Assembly: GCA_013239625.1 (NCBI GenBank)
Contig: MU053379.1
Location: 4,297,229-4,361,228 of the forward strand
Reading direction: 5' to 3'
From: Lama guanicoe
Lineage: Eukaryota
DNA: 64,000 nt
Shown: in pieces, positions 1-12,559 of the stretch
Numbering within the stretch: the first letter of the stretch is position 1
Layout: every line of letters starts with the position of its first letter
Position numbers and translations under genes: made by a program
The notes under the pieces: generated by a model
Databases searched by the model: none
The model's input: only the letters and a program-made list of their open reading frames with translations
Told to the model about the DNA's origin: nothing

Positions 1-873
1 CGACCTTCTTACAGGTTTGGGGCCGGGTGAGGATGAATCCACCAAGTGATGTGAACAGACAGTGCACGTGGCGGGAACACAGGTTGTCACCACTTACAGA
101 GGACAGCGCATGACCCCCCAGTGCTGGGGACACACAGATGGGATCATGAAGGACAGCCTCCTCCGGAAAAAGGGGGTGGGGTGCCTCAGTCAGAGACATT
201 CCTGGCCACACTTTTCTGTAACAAAGCAGAAGGCCCTACACAGTCCGGGTGTGTTAATTATGGCATTTTCCTTCTGTAGATTATCTGGCTATTTTAAATA
301 GCAAGTAAGAACACTCTGACATAAGGAAATGTGATTTCCAAATGACATCAGGGAGGCAGAACAGAAGTTTTATTACACAAAATGCGCATATAACACACAC
401 GTGTGTACCTGAAGCGGGATGGAAACGGGAAATAAAAACACAGGGGTTGGACCAGTGGGACCATGAACAGGGTCCCTGACTGCTCCAAGTACATGTCACC
501 CCTGCAGGAAGGAAGAGAGGTTGGCAGAGGATGGCTCGTGTCTGCCAAGGCCCCAGAAAGTCAAGCCCCTTCGGGTTTCCTCTGTCCCCCGGCTCCCTCA
601 ACAGCGCCAGGAGCGTCTCCTCACAGCCCCAAGGCTCTTGTTCAGAGGACAGCCCTTCCTTGTGGGAGCTGCCAACAGAACAGGATGGTCTGTGGATTAC
701 TTACGTGGTACCCCTCTGTTAGCCCGGTTCCGGGCTCTGAACACAGTGGGACCTCCTCATGGTCCTTTTCCACACACCCTCTCATCCCACTGTCTCCAGT
801 TTCCATCCTGCCTCCCCTTCCACCAGGCTCTTGTTCATTCAATTTCCTGTGCTCATGAAGTTAACAAAACTGA

Positions 874-1180
874 TGTATCAGTTAGCTGGTGCTGGGTAAC
901 AAAACATCCTCCTCTCAGTGGCTCCACATGGCCATCCCAGCGGGGAAGCTTCTCTCACATCAGAGGCAGAGCACAAGAGGAAACGTGAAATCAGACAAGC
1001 CTCCCGGTCCCAGGATCCAGACAAGAAAACATCCCGTCTCCCTTCCGGTTAGTGGCCAAATCAAGCTTCCTGCTCGAACCCAAAGTCAAGTGGCAGGAAA
1101 ACACCCCCTCCCACCCCCCGGAGGCCAGGGTGTGGGTACGGGAGGGGTGAAGGTTTAGGTGAGGAATGCAATCTACCACA
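874..1180 (-). mobile_element. MaLR LTR (MLT1-like), old
   Basis: Begins tgtatcagttagct..gtaacaaa and ends caatctaccaca (TG..CA). Internal tggccaaatcaag..aacccaaagtcaag is typical of MLT1 read antisense. Confidence 0.7.
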
Positions 1181-1269
1181 GTGATGAGATGATCACAGCA
1201 ACAGAAGGATGGCAGCAGAGGAGGGAACAAGCGCTCTTCAGGACTCACCGTGCATCAGACCCTAGGACG

Positions 1270-1457
1270 ACTGGGTTATGAACATCATTAATCCTCCCTG
1301 CTGTCCTGCAAGAGAGGACTTCCTCCTTCCACCACACTGGACTCCTCAGGGTTCCTAAACTCCCTAAAGTCACACAGTCAGTAAATGACAGAGTCTGGAC
1401 CCAAGCCCAAGATTTGGAAACTGAGGTTTGATTCCAAAGCCCAGTGTGTGTCCACAT
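1270..1457 (-). mobile_element. MIR SINE fragment
   Basis: Antisense MIR core: ccctaaagtcacacagtcagtaaatgacagag...tgattccaaagccc. Confidence 0.7.
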
Positions 1458-4400
1458 CGTTCCTCTCTTTCAGAGATCTCCCCTCTACGTTGGCCCTGCC
1501 CCCCACCCCAGTCCAGCATCGGGACCTGCCTGCACACGGGACTAAATGGCATCGTGGACGGAGAGTGGGACTTCAGTCTCCACTGTGCTGGGCGCTGCCT
1601 CCACTGCGGGTTTAGACGGAGCTCAGTCTGACATTTCACAGCAGGCCAGCGTGAAGGAAACCAGCCTCTACACTGTGCTGAGGGTCCGGGAGGGGTCCAG
1701 CTGCTTTTCCATCTGATGTCATTTGTGAAATGAAGACGTCCTTCTCGCGAGATTAGACCACATCAGCTCTTTCCATTGTCCCGACGTCGGAGGTGAGGAC
1801 CCGGGATTGCCAAGCACGAAAGTGCTTTTCGAAGGTCACTGAGCTCCTGACAAGAGGCATCAAACGGGGCTGATGTTTGGCTCAGGGCCTGGACTCCCGC
1901 CCCCTGGAATGGGAAACACTGTCTCACGAGCAAGAGTACTGCTGCCTTTTGTTTCAATGAGCCCTAACTCTGGAACCTGGACCAGCAGCACCGAAGCTCA
2001 CGGGCCCACCTGGAGGCCCTGAACTCCTATTTGGACAAGCTGCATACTTTGTGCACTTATGCTCTTGAAAATTCTTTCAGAAGTGTCAAGGTGGCTGGAG
2101 CCAGAGCAAACAAGGGTGGCATTCTTTCAATTCTTCTTCTGCTAAGTCATTTTCTCCTTAACGTCCAGCTGTGGGGGCTGACGTCTTCCATAACAGACTG
2201 GCAGCCAGCTCAGGGGTCCGTCCCGGAGGGAGCTCAGAAAGGAGGTGAGGCTTTTAAGTCTGTTTGTCCAGAGGCCCCTTTGCCTTCTCTCATCGCCAAG
2301 GCTCCAGGTCAGGCTCACACCTACGGCTGGGAACTGAGAGCCCCACGGGGGCAGTGTAGCCGCGCGGCCCCTTCTGAGGACGGTGAACAAGAGCGTGCCT
2401 CACCATGGGCTGCCGTCCGCTGGCCCCCGGGGAAGCGGCTACGGGATGCGGACGGCCTCTCCAACTGTATCTCACCAACGACCATCATTTGTGTCCCTCT
2501 CCACACCCAGCATGTTGCCAGACTTGCAGCTGGCTTGCTAAATAAGAAATGCCTCTTTGGGGTTTAGGTGTGGAGTCTGGTTTTGGCAAAATTCTTCCAG
2601 TGAGAGTGTCTGCGCACCACGTGGATGACGCCGGTGACCTGAATGTTCCGTATGAGACTGAATCCTATACGTTTGCCCTTATTTGATTGGTTTTGGTCTA
2701 CAGAAGTCGACACTGAGCACAGTTTAACTTTAAAGAATTGTTTGCTCCCATGACCCAAGGAAAGAGAAGAAGGAAAGAAAGAAATGCAGTCATAGCCGAC
2801 TTCTGGGAAGTCGTGCTGTCTCCAGCCCACAAATCCCGTTTCTGCGCGTTGACGGCCACTCCTCGCCCTGCACAGCAAAGTCAGGGAGCCGCCGGCTCTC
2901 CAAGTGCTGTCAACTCACAGTCAAGAAAGAAACAAACATAAAAGCAGGTTGAGAGGAAATCAGAGTGCAAACAGGTCACCCTTTCGCAAACTCTGAGCAC
3001 GACGTGGAGCTTGGGAAGCAGTGACATCAGTGTCTGAGGGAGAAGAGAGACTGTTTCATCAGGAAAACACGTTGCAGGGAGAAGCCACCGCCTCGCTCAC
3101 ACACCCAGAGGGCGAACCGAAGTCTGCGGTGTGCCCTGGGCTCTCAAGCGCAAATGAGAACATCACAAAGCCCCCTTTCCATCTTCCTGGAGGCCTGGAC
3201 ACACAAGCCAGCGTGGCCCCAGGCTGCGGAACCTGGCGGCCTTCACGTCTCTGTCACCACGCGTGGCCAGGAGCCAGGCCGTGTGGGCAGCTGTCTGATA
3301 CTGAGCCCCTGAGAGAGGGAGAGGGAGAGGTCTGGTCTCAGCCACGCCCGCCATCACTCCCCGGAGCTGGCGGTGCCGAGGAAACGTTCTTGTTTGAGCC
3401 AGCAGCTCCCTCCGTCTGTGTCGGTCCGATCGTGTGTCCGTCTGCAGCAGACCCCCGGTGGTCGGGAACACGCAGAGGGTGAGGGAGAAGGTGTGTCACT
3501 GTGTATTTTCTGCTTTTGAGCGCTGTGTTCTGTAGCGGGCGATTAGAAGTGATGGGGCCATCAAAATAACGGTGTGAAAGAGTTCATCACTCAAAGAACA
3601 AGATCTTTTTAGTTTAAGTAAATTAAATAAAAAGTATTTAAATAAAATGTATGGTATTATTATTTTTAAATACTACTATTTTATTATAAAACAAACCTTT
3701 TAAATTTTAAAAATCGAAAAAGAAATCTTGAAAACAACAACACTGTAACAAAAGCATTCATCACAGCAAACACGACAGGGACGCAGCAAACACATCTTTC
3801 TACTGTGGAATCCATCGTGGACATTTTGGTTTCGCGGAAAATGCCATCTATCGTGGGAACCTCATGTTGCTCACGTGACTGTTTTGGCGTCATAGTTTCG
3901 CCTGTGCTGAGCGCGTCCACCTGGCTGTCCCCCGTCTTCTTTACACGCAGGTGCACGTGACGCAGCGGCAGTCCTGCGGGTTTTTCCTTTCTGGAGGGCT
4001 GGTGCTTTGCTCAGTTTGGGGAGCACTGCTCTGGAATTACAGCCCAGAACCCACCCCTGGTGGCCCATTGAGTCCCAACACCGAGCAAACGCTAGATCGG
4101 GACGGTCAGGACCCTGTGTCTGGGAGAGGACAAGGCGGGGCTGCTCCCCGGCAGAGCGGACGTGCGAGGCCGCGGGGCCGGCGGACCTCCTGGCCCCCAG
4201 GTCAAGCAGGAGCCCCCGCAGTCGGGTTCTGGAAGTGAGGCAGTGAGTTCCCGGGTCTCAGGTGTCCGCAGCTGGGCAGAGAGGTGCTGTCCCTGGGCGG
4301 CCACCTGCCATCTGTCCCGGGGTGGATGCTGAGGTCAGAGGCCGGCAACGCGCCTTGGCCTTGCTTCCCTGGGGCCGCTGACGTTCTCCCTTAGAAACCC

Positions 4401-5892
4401 GATTGAAAACCCAGCGCGTTTTGTCCTCGGCCACGCAGGAGCCCACACGGGAGGCACGGTCCTCGTTCAGTGGGCGGCGGGGCCAGGGAGGCAGGGAAGC
4501 AGAAATCGAGGACTCTCATGGTGAGTCAGAGCAAAGCCTCGGGTTCAGGTTCTGGAGAGTCGGGCGTGAGATCAGGGGAGGCTGCTGCGGCCCGAGGGCC
4601 ACACCCAGCCCTCCTCCTGCATCATGGGAGGGTTTTGCCGGCACCCAGCCACGCCCACCTGTCTTCATTTTACTCATGGCCACGTGGCTGCCGCCATGAC
4701 AGAGGTGGGTGGCTGTGACAGAGACCCGTGGCCCAGGAAGCCCCAGACACTCAGTCTCTGGTCCTCTTCTGGGGAGGATCACAGGGATCTGGTTACGGGA
4801 AGGAAACAGCCCCTTCCCTGGAGACCTGGGAGCCCGCCCGCGCAACCCCGTGCCCCGACTCCACTCTGGCCCCCGGGCCTTGGGCCGTCAAGTAGCCCCA
4901 GCCTTGGTGAACCAAGCTGCCGTCCCTCCTGTGCAGACGGAGTGAGAGCTGCTCAGCGACCCTTTCCAGGGAGGTCGTGGGGTGGCCGGCTCTGCGGGCT
5001 GAGGGCCTCCTGCACTGCCACTACCTGGGGGAGCCCCACGACAGGCACTCCCTCCCTCCCCGCTTTCCTTCCGTGCAGAAGGGTGAGGAGAATGCAGCTC
5101 CCCTCGGGTCTGTGTGAAGAGGAAGGGAGGCTGTGAGAGCACGGGGCTGAGAACCTTCCTGCCACATCCTAAGCTGCAGACAAGCAGGTGCCTGAGTGGG
5201 GGAGCCGGGAGCCGGGAGCCAGGCCGTCATTCCGGCCATCGGAGGGGGGAGGCGGCCATCCCGCAGTCACACCCTCAGGCTGTGCCGGGCCGGGTCGGGC
5301 ACCAGGGCCCGCTGATAGTTTTGAGTGTTTGCTGTGCTCTGGGCCTGGGCCACAGGCCCCCGGGAGATGGACCCTGTTCACCCCACTCTGCAGACCCGGG
5401 AGCAGAGGTGACACTGCTGGAGGTTCTGGAACCCACACGTCTGCTCGGGGCGAGGTCCCCCGCCCGCACCCGCCACTCAGGGTTTGGCTGAGGAGGAGAG
5501 GCGCCCTTTGGGGTCAGGGATAGAGGAGGCCTGGAGCTCCAGCTGGAGCATGCCTCTCCATCCGGCTTCGCTGGGATGAGCCCCAGGGCCTTCCTCCCGC
5601 CCTCCCCCCCATCCTGGGCCCGGCATTGCGATGGCTCTATCTAGTGGTCAAAGGTAGGAATTGCAACTGTCAGGTCAGAGGCGCTCGGGGCCAGAACCTC
5701 CCAGTGAGCCCCAGCTGGTCCCGCTGACCCCCTCAACGGCCAAGGGACAGGCAAGCTGGCCGGATGCTGGCCTGGGGCTTGCTGGAAGGGGATGCGCCCG
5801 TGAATGCTCCGTGGAAGGTGGATGCTTGCAGCGGCCAGCTCCCCACCGCCCTCCAGGGCAGGTACACCACCCCCACCCGAAGCCTCTGCATC

Positions 5893-6080
5893 TCAGCTCA
5901 ACCATAGGCAACTGTGACCCCAAGGGGACATGTGACAAGGCTGCAGATGTCTTTGGTTGTCAAGATTGGGAGGTGCTGCTGCATGCAGTGGGCAGAGGCA
6001 AGGGATGCTGGTAACACCCTGCAGTGCCCGGGACGGCCCCCACCAGCGAACCACCAGCATCAGCTGCTGAGAAGCCGGGC
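5893..6080 (+). mobile_element. MER20 (hAT-Charlie) fossil
   Basis: ccccaaggggacatgtgacaaggctgcagatgtctttggttgtca...gtgggcagaggcaagggatgctggtaacaccctgcagtg follows the MER20 pattern. Confidence 0.75.
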
Positions 6081-7694
6081 CGTCACGGGAGCAGCTCGGG
6101 GGCAGCACGGAGGGCCGCGTGAGGCTCAGAGGCTCTGCTCGTGCTGTTCCCTCTGCCTGGGCCACGAGGACTCAGGTTAGCTGAGCCTCAGACCTGGCCC
6201 CTCCAGGAGAGGGAGCCGAGGCATGCGTCCCTCTCGGGTGGGGGGCTGCTCCTGCGCACGTCCCCTGCCACCCCGGGCTGCTGCCCCCAGCACACTGATG
6301 GGGCAGGACAGATGCAGGCGTCCGCACACGCCTCCCTGAATGGCATTCCCGCTGTGCTCGGCCCCCCGGTCCTGGGAAGCTGATGGCTGACTTCTCTTAC
6401 CTGAAGCTCCGGGGACCAGGACTGGTGCCCTGGCTCGGCCCCGCCAGGAGGATTCCGGACGTGCGTGGTTCTGTGCGGGCAGGTCCAGCTCCTCGTTCTC
6501 CGGGCCACATGGTTAGGCTGCAGAAATCCAGAGGTTGGACAGCAGACCGCTGCGAAATTGCTGCATCACATCCCCAGCCGGGCCGGGCTGAGTTTGCTTA
6601 GCAAGACAAGCGATAGTTTTGTTGAATTTCACATTTTCTACCAAGTAATAAATTAACCTTTCTGAAACCGCCACGGGGATCACGGTCGGAAAATGAAGCC
6701 GTATCCTGTCCGAACTGGCTGCAGCACACAGGCCACCGGGGGGATGGAGGGAGACGCCCGGAGGAAAGATCCGTCGGTGGAGTGAAAGCATCCACACCCG
6801 GGGCCCCAGACCGTGACTCCAGCCGGGCCTGAGACGGGCCCCGGCCTCCCGGCGGGGCCGACGCCGGTGCCTAGAGTCAGGGCTTGGGGGCCCGAGCCTG
6901 CCCTCCTGCTGCTGCCGCCGGGACCCCTTCCAGCTCTCAGCCACGAGGGCAACTGTGAGCACCGTCTCTATACCAGAGGGTAAGAAAATGCTGTGGGGAG
7001 GCTGACAGCTGCTCGGCGTCCATGAGGCAGACACACTCCTGAGCACTGAGGGAGGCAGGCTGGAGCCGGGAGGCTGGGTGCAGAGGCGGGAGGTACTGAC
7101 CTGGTGCGAGAACGTCGTTTGCTCAGATTTTTCTCATTCTGTGAAAAGTCTACAATCCAAAAAGCATTTATTAAGCACCTAACGTGGCTGAGTGTATGAA
7201 TGGAGCAGGGATGACGCGGGTCCAAGGCGTCTGCCCTGCCCCCACCCGCCTCTCCTCTGCACTGGGCGGGGTCCGGGGGGCACTGACAGAGGGCTGGCTG
7301 GGCGGGGAGGAGAGAGGCCCGGGGCGGGGTGTCCCCCATCCTCATGCTTCCCGGGGCAGCTCCACCAGGGCCGTCTCCTGCTGGACTTCAGCTGCTGGGA
7401 GTGGAGGGCGTCCTCTCTGTGAGGTCCCTGCTGTGCCCGGCTCGGCCTGGGCAGAGGACAGGGCCCTGACAACCCCCGGGTCGCCTGGCTCTCCAGTGGG
7501 GGCACCAGCTTCCTGGCGTTGCTACCACCTGGATTGTCACTGTTTCCTGGTCAGATCCTCAGCTCCCTGTCCTTTGTGTGAGAAATGCCCCACATTTAAC
7601 CCTCTGCTGGAAGTGCCCAGCGTGGCTGCCGCTTCCCTGGGGCTCCTGCCTGCTCTGCCAGGTTTATTTCACATTTCCCCTCTCTCACCAGGCT

Positions 7695-8100
7695 TCTGAC
7701 CCCCTGGCATCCTTTGTGTTCTGAGACGCCTGCTTCTGCCTCACCCCAGGGCCTTTGCACCGGCTTTCCCTCAGCAACATGTGCTCTGCTCACCCCCTTT
7801 TGCCCCCTACCGGCTGGTAGCTTCTTGTCCCTCAGATTGCAGCTAAAATGTTACCTTCACAGAGAACTTGACTGACCACCTTTCTAAAGCCGCCCACCCA
7901 CCCCACCCCCACCTCAACTTACTCATTTTCTGTCTCATTGTTTCTTTCTTTCAAATCGTGTGCCGCCATCTGTGATGACTGTGTTTACTGGTTTGCACTG
8001 TTGTTCATTAATGGTCATTCTTTAGCCGCCTCTCTGCTAGAGCAGGAAGCCCCAGGCCTGCACACTGCGTAAAAGCGGCAGAATGAACGAGTACATGAGT
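7695..8100 (+). mobile_element. L2 3' fragment
   Basis: cagggcctttgcac...cagctaaaatgttaccttcacagaga...gaatgaacgagt tail. Confidence 0.7.
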
Positions 8101-9224
8101 GTTTTAAATTGCTTGAACCCATGACGAAGTCAAAATTAAAGAAATTTCAAAAGCAAGGTACTTCTCATGTTTGGACACAGGAGGTTGTGTGTTTGTCTAC
8201 TTGGGATGGAAAGGGCCCTGCTGACAGCTCTTCTGCACTGGGCCAGGCCTGTGCTTCAGGGGCGTGGGGGTGGGGGCGGGGGTGGGGAGGTGGCGTCTCC
8301 CCGCCTTTGAGTGTACGGTTTGCTCTGGACCAGAGTCACCGTCTGGACGGTGGTGGGTGCCCTCCTGCCAAAGCGCCACTGCTTACAAGCACCTCCCTGC
8401 AAAGCGAAGACATGGTTCCTGTCGCCTGGTTGGTCCATCAAACTTTCACAGAGATGGCTGGTGCCCCAACCTGCGTCCCTCTGTCCCTCTGACCTCATCT
8501 TCAACCGGGAGGGACAGTCCCCGTCAGTGCACGACTTCCCATCCCCCTTCTCCCTGCCGGAGGGCTCCCCAGCCCTAGGCGCTGGCATCATTTTGGGCAA
8601 GCCCACCCTGGAGGGGAGTGTGTGCAGGCCCTCCGTCAAGAGGGTGGGGGGCGCTGTGGCTGGGGTGCAGGGTGACGGTGGGACAGCACGCCCCGGCCTC
8701 CGGGTCTCCCAGGGCCATTTCCAGGCATGGGCCACCGTTTCTCTGTCTTCTGCAGGATTAGCCCTGGACGTCTGCCGGGGTCACCTGCTCACTAACACTT
8801 TGTTATCCCCCTCCCTCTCTCTGTCTCACTTCCCCACCCCTCTCTGATGCTTCCTGGGACCACCCCCAAAGGACCACCTCCCTGCACCCAAAGCCTCGTC
8901 TCCAAGCCGAGCGACCCCAGCCCACTTCCTCAGCAGCGTCCCTCCTTGCTGTGGGGAGAACTCGCTTCTGTGGAAGGTGGTGGCCGTATCTCCCCACCCC
9001 CGCCCTCCTTACCGGGACACAGACTGGCGTTGGCTGGGGGCCCATCTCCCTGTCCCACACGATGGCCCAGATACCTGTGCACGGAGCTGACAGCCTAGGG
9101 GAAGACCTCGTTCAGACCGGCCAGCGTGCGCTCTCCCTGAGCTGCCTCCAGCCTAGATCTGCCTGCGCCCTGACACTGATCGCCCCGTCAGCAAAGCTTC
9201 ACAGAGTGCAGTTGGCCAGCGTGG

Positions 9225-9748
9225 CCACTGTGACCCCAATATCACCCCTGTGACCCCAACACCACCCCTGTGACCTCAACACCACCCCTGTGACCCCAAT
9301 ATCACCACTGTGGCCCCAATATCACCCCTGTGACCCCAATATCACCCCTGTGACCCCAACACCACCCCTCTGCCCCCAACATCACCACTGTAACCCCAAC
9401 ACCACCCCTGTGAGCCCAACACCACCCTTGTGGCCCCAATATCACCCCTGTGACCCCAATATCACCACTGTGACCCCAACACCACCCCTGTGACCCCAAT
9501 ATCACCACTATGACCCCAATATCACCCCTGTGACCCCAACACCACCCCTGTGACCCCAACACCACCCCTGTGGCCCCAATATAACCCCTGTGACCCCAAT
9601 ATCACCCCTGTGACCCCAACACCACCCTGTGACCCCAATATCACCCCTGTGACCCCAACACCACCCCTGTGACCCCAATATCACCACTGTGACCCCAACA
9701 CCACCCCTGTGACCCCAATATCACCACTGTGACCCCGACACCTCCACT
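9225..9748. repeat. 20-bp minisatellite (VNTR), about 26 copies, unit CTGTGACCCCAA(TAT/CAC)CACC(C/A)
   Basis: Directly visible tandem units such as atcacccctgtgaccccaac and accacccctgtgaccccaat. One unit near 9625 lacks a base. Confidence 0.98.
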
Positions 9749-10386
9749 ACAAGCTGCACCTGACTGACCAGGGGGGCGGTCATGCCCCAGGGCGAAGACA
9801 AGCCTGCCTTTTACCCGTTGTTGGTCTGTGAGCCCCTAGTTCCGAGGAAGTGTCCCTGAGGATCGCTCAAAGTACAGCGCTGTCGCTTGGGTGCCCTAGG
9901 CCGATGGCCGTAGTGACTCCAGGCGTGTGGGCGCAGGTGGAAGGTAAATCACATTTAATGGGGATGAACCAACTGCAATGAAGCAGTGTGGGCAGCAGGG
10001 GGAGGCAGAGGACGCCGTTTTGTGGGTCCGTCAGTCCAGCCCAGGCTCCCCGCCCCGGCCCACAGGAGGGCAGGCAGAGCCCCACCGGCCCAAGAAACAG
10101 TCCTGTAAAAATGCCACATGCTGGGGCGGTTCAAGCTCAAAATAAACGCAAGGTGCAGGCTGGGGTAATGCCCCAGCGTGGCCCAGAGGACAGCCGTTTC
10201 CAGACGGACCACACCCGACCTCCAGCTTTGCCTCCCGCTGCAGAGACCAGGTGGGCTGTGCGTTCAGGGCTGGGGGGGCGGTCTGTGCCTTTAAGCCCAG
10301 GGCCTCTGCCCATGTTGTCCCCAAAGCAAGTCCCCTCGCTGCCCTGCCTCCCTGTCCTCCTCGGGGTCACTGCCTGCATCCTGGAC

Positions 10387-10592
10387 CAGTGCCGCTCAGC
10401 AGAACTGTCCGCCGCGGGGGCATGCTCCCTGTCAGCGTCTTGCAGCGTGGTGGCTGCTGAGCGCCTGAAACATAAATGCTGCGACTAAGGAAGTGGGGTT
10501 TTTAGCTTTATTTAATAGTAATTAATTTAAGTTTTAAGATTAAAATGGAAACAGCCAGGCGTGGCCAGCGACTGTCGTGCTGGACGGCACTG
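10387..10592 (+). mobile_element. MER3-like hAT-Charlie MITE
   Basis: cagtg...cactg termini. Internal tttatttaatagtaattaatttaag and aacagccaggcgtggccagcgactgtcgtgctggacggcactg. Confidence 0.7.
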
Positions 10593-10711
10593 TGGTCGAG
10601 GACCAGAGATGCAATCTCGCCATCGTGCTCTCAGTGCTGCATCTGCTGCCATTCCTGATGGCTCCAGCCTGCTCGCTGCTGCTCTCTTCCACAACCTGGC
10701 CTCTCGGTTCT

Positions 10712-11640
10712 TTATTTTTCCCTCCAGCTTTATTGAGATGTACTTGACATGTAACATCGTGTAGCTTAAGGTGCACAAGGTGTTAATGTGACACCTTTAC
10801 GATACACGTACTTATTGCAGAATGCTCACCACCACAGCGCCAGCTAACACCTCCGTCTCATCAAGTATCTCTCTTGGGGCTGAGAACATTTAAGATCCAC
10901 CCGCTTAGCGTTCAAGAATACAAAACACTGGTCTGTACATCAGATTCCCAGAAGCTGTAAATCTAATCACGGAACAGCGTCTCTCCATGGCTCCCATCCT
11001 GTAACCCCTGGTAATCATCCTTCTACTTTCTGTTTCCATGAGTCTGGCTTTTTTCGGATTTCACGCATCAGTGAGATCGTGCAGGATTTGTCTTGGTCTG
11101 ACTTAACCCACCCAGCCTCATGCCCTCGAGGGCTCTCACACTGGGGCAAACATCGGGATTTCCTTCCTCCTTGTGGCCGAATAAAACTCCATTGTTAGAA
11201 GACGAATATATGCATGTACGTACATGACTGGGACGCGGTGCTGCAGCCCAGAGCTTGACACATTGTAACTCACGTAAGTCAATAAAAAAAATTCTGTTGT
11301 CTATATATACATATATACAAATCACATCTGCTTTATCCATTCATCAACTGATGGACACTTAGGCTGTTCCCATGTCTTGGTAATTGTAATAATGCTGCTG
11401 TGAACATGGGGGTCCACATAGCTCTTTGAGACCCTGATTTAATTTCCTCTGGACACACGCCCAAGAGTGGGATTGCTGGATCACACGGCAGTTCTATTTC
11501 TAGTTGTCTGAGGAGCTTCCGCACTGCTTTCCACAGGGGCTTCGCCGTTTGCGTTCCCACCAGCAGTGCGCAAGGACTCCCTTCCTCTGCGTCCTCGACT
11601 ACGCTTGTTACTCCTCGTCTTTTGGTGATACTGGCCTTTC
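10712..11640 (-). mobile_element. L1 3' region, antisense (L1MA-like), interrupted by a younger L1
   Basis: ctttattgagatgtacttgaca...ctttatccattcatcaactgatggacacttaggctgttccc...gattgctggatc. The minus ORF at 11333-11560 (LWK..IELPCDPAIPLLG) resembles the L1 ORF2 C-terminus. Confidence 0.9.
11197..11291 (+). mobile_element. Short lineage-specific L1 3' end nested in the older L1
   Basis: gaatatatgcatgtacgtacatgactgggac...ttgacacattgtaact...caataaaaaaaa, flanked by a degenerate TSD aaaactccattgt / aaaattctgttgt. Confidence 0.8.
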
Positions 11641-12559
11641 CATCCCTGAGCCCTGTGCTCCACGGGTCTTGTTTTTGGCTTTACTCCAGACATTGCTGCC
11701 ACCAGCAGTAACTACAGCTCTGCCCCATCTGATTTTCAAGCACCCCGCTTCCTGACCAGCACATCCTGTATTTCCAGCCCAACAACCTCCACGCCCACTG
11801 GGGTCTCCACTCCGTCGGTCCCACCACGTTTTACCTCGCTGGTGCTGAATGTTCTGTGTCATCTCACTCTTAGTGAGCTTTACATGAGACACGCTTACGT
11901 CGGGGAGAGAGGTGATTCTCTGTGGTCTTGCTGTTACGCTTGGCTGGGTGAAGTCAGAGCAGGCTCGGCTCACCCAGCTGCTGAGGCGACACTTGGAGCC
12001 TCCGACTGACACCCAGGGCACCGTGGGGCTGGGGCCCGTGGGCTCTTCCTTCTGCTCCGTCTGAGGACTCGTCTCAGCCGGTCCTTCCACCTGCAGACAG
12101 AAGGCGGCGCTCTGCTCTCTGCAGTGGCCCTCTCTGCCCCGAGGACTCCAGCAGCTGTGGCCTCCCCAGACCCCCGCTGCATCTCACCTCCGGGAGGCCT
12201 CCGGCTTCTGCCCAGCGTCCCCTTCCTGCTGTGCGACCTGGACCCTCTCCAGGAGGTAAGATGGGCAATGGAAGACTGTTTCCTTTCTCTCAGGGGTTCC
12301 TGCCAGGGCTGCCTGCCTCCCTGCGTCTAAACACCATTGTTTGAGATCTATATTGCGGGTGTGTGGGAAGGGAGGTCCAGTTTTAGTTGTTTAAGGTGGG
12401 ACGGTAAATCTGGCCTGCTAGGTCCATCTTGGCTGGAAGCAAAAGTCCTCACGCCCTCCGTCCCTGGCTCCAGCCTCGTGGTCCTCACTGTAAGGACCCC
12501 CCCACCCCAGCTTGGCAAGCCCATCGCCCTGCCTCTGTGCCGCTGAGCACGTCTGCAGA

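Noticed and set aside
9225-9748. CRISPR-like array, or mucin-like ORFs (9290-9493, 9302-9565)
   Set aside because: Units are contiguous with no unique spacers and no cas genes in a mammalian context. The ORFs are just translations of the minisatellite.
11333-11560. ORF with real protein similarity
   Set aside because: It is a decayed L1 ORF2 C-terminal fragment, not a host gene.
12125-12255. Plus-strand exon-like block (ctctgcag| .. GAG|GTAAGA)
   Set aside because: No recognisable peptide in any frame and no supporting neighbours; likely a pseudo-exon.
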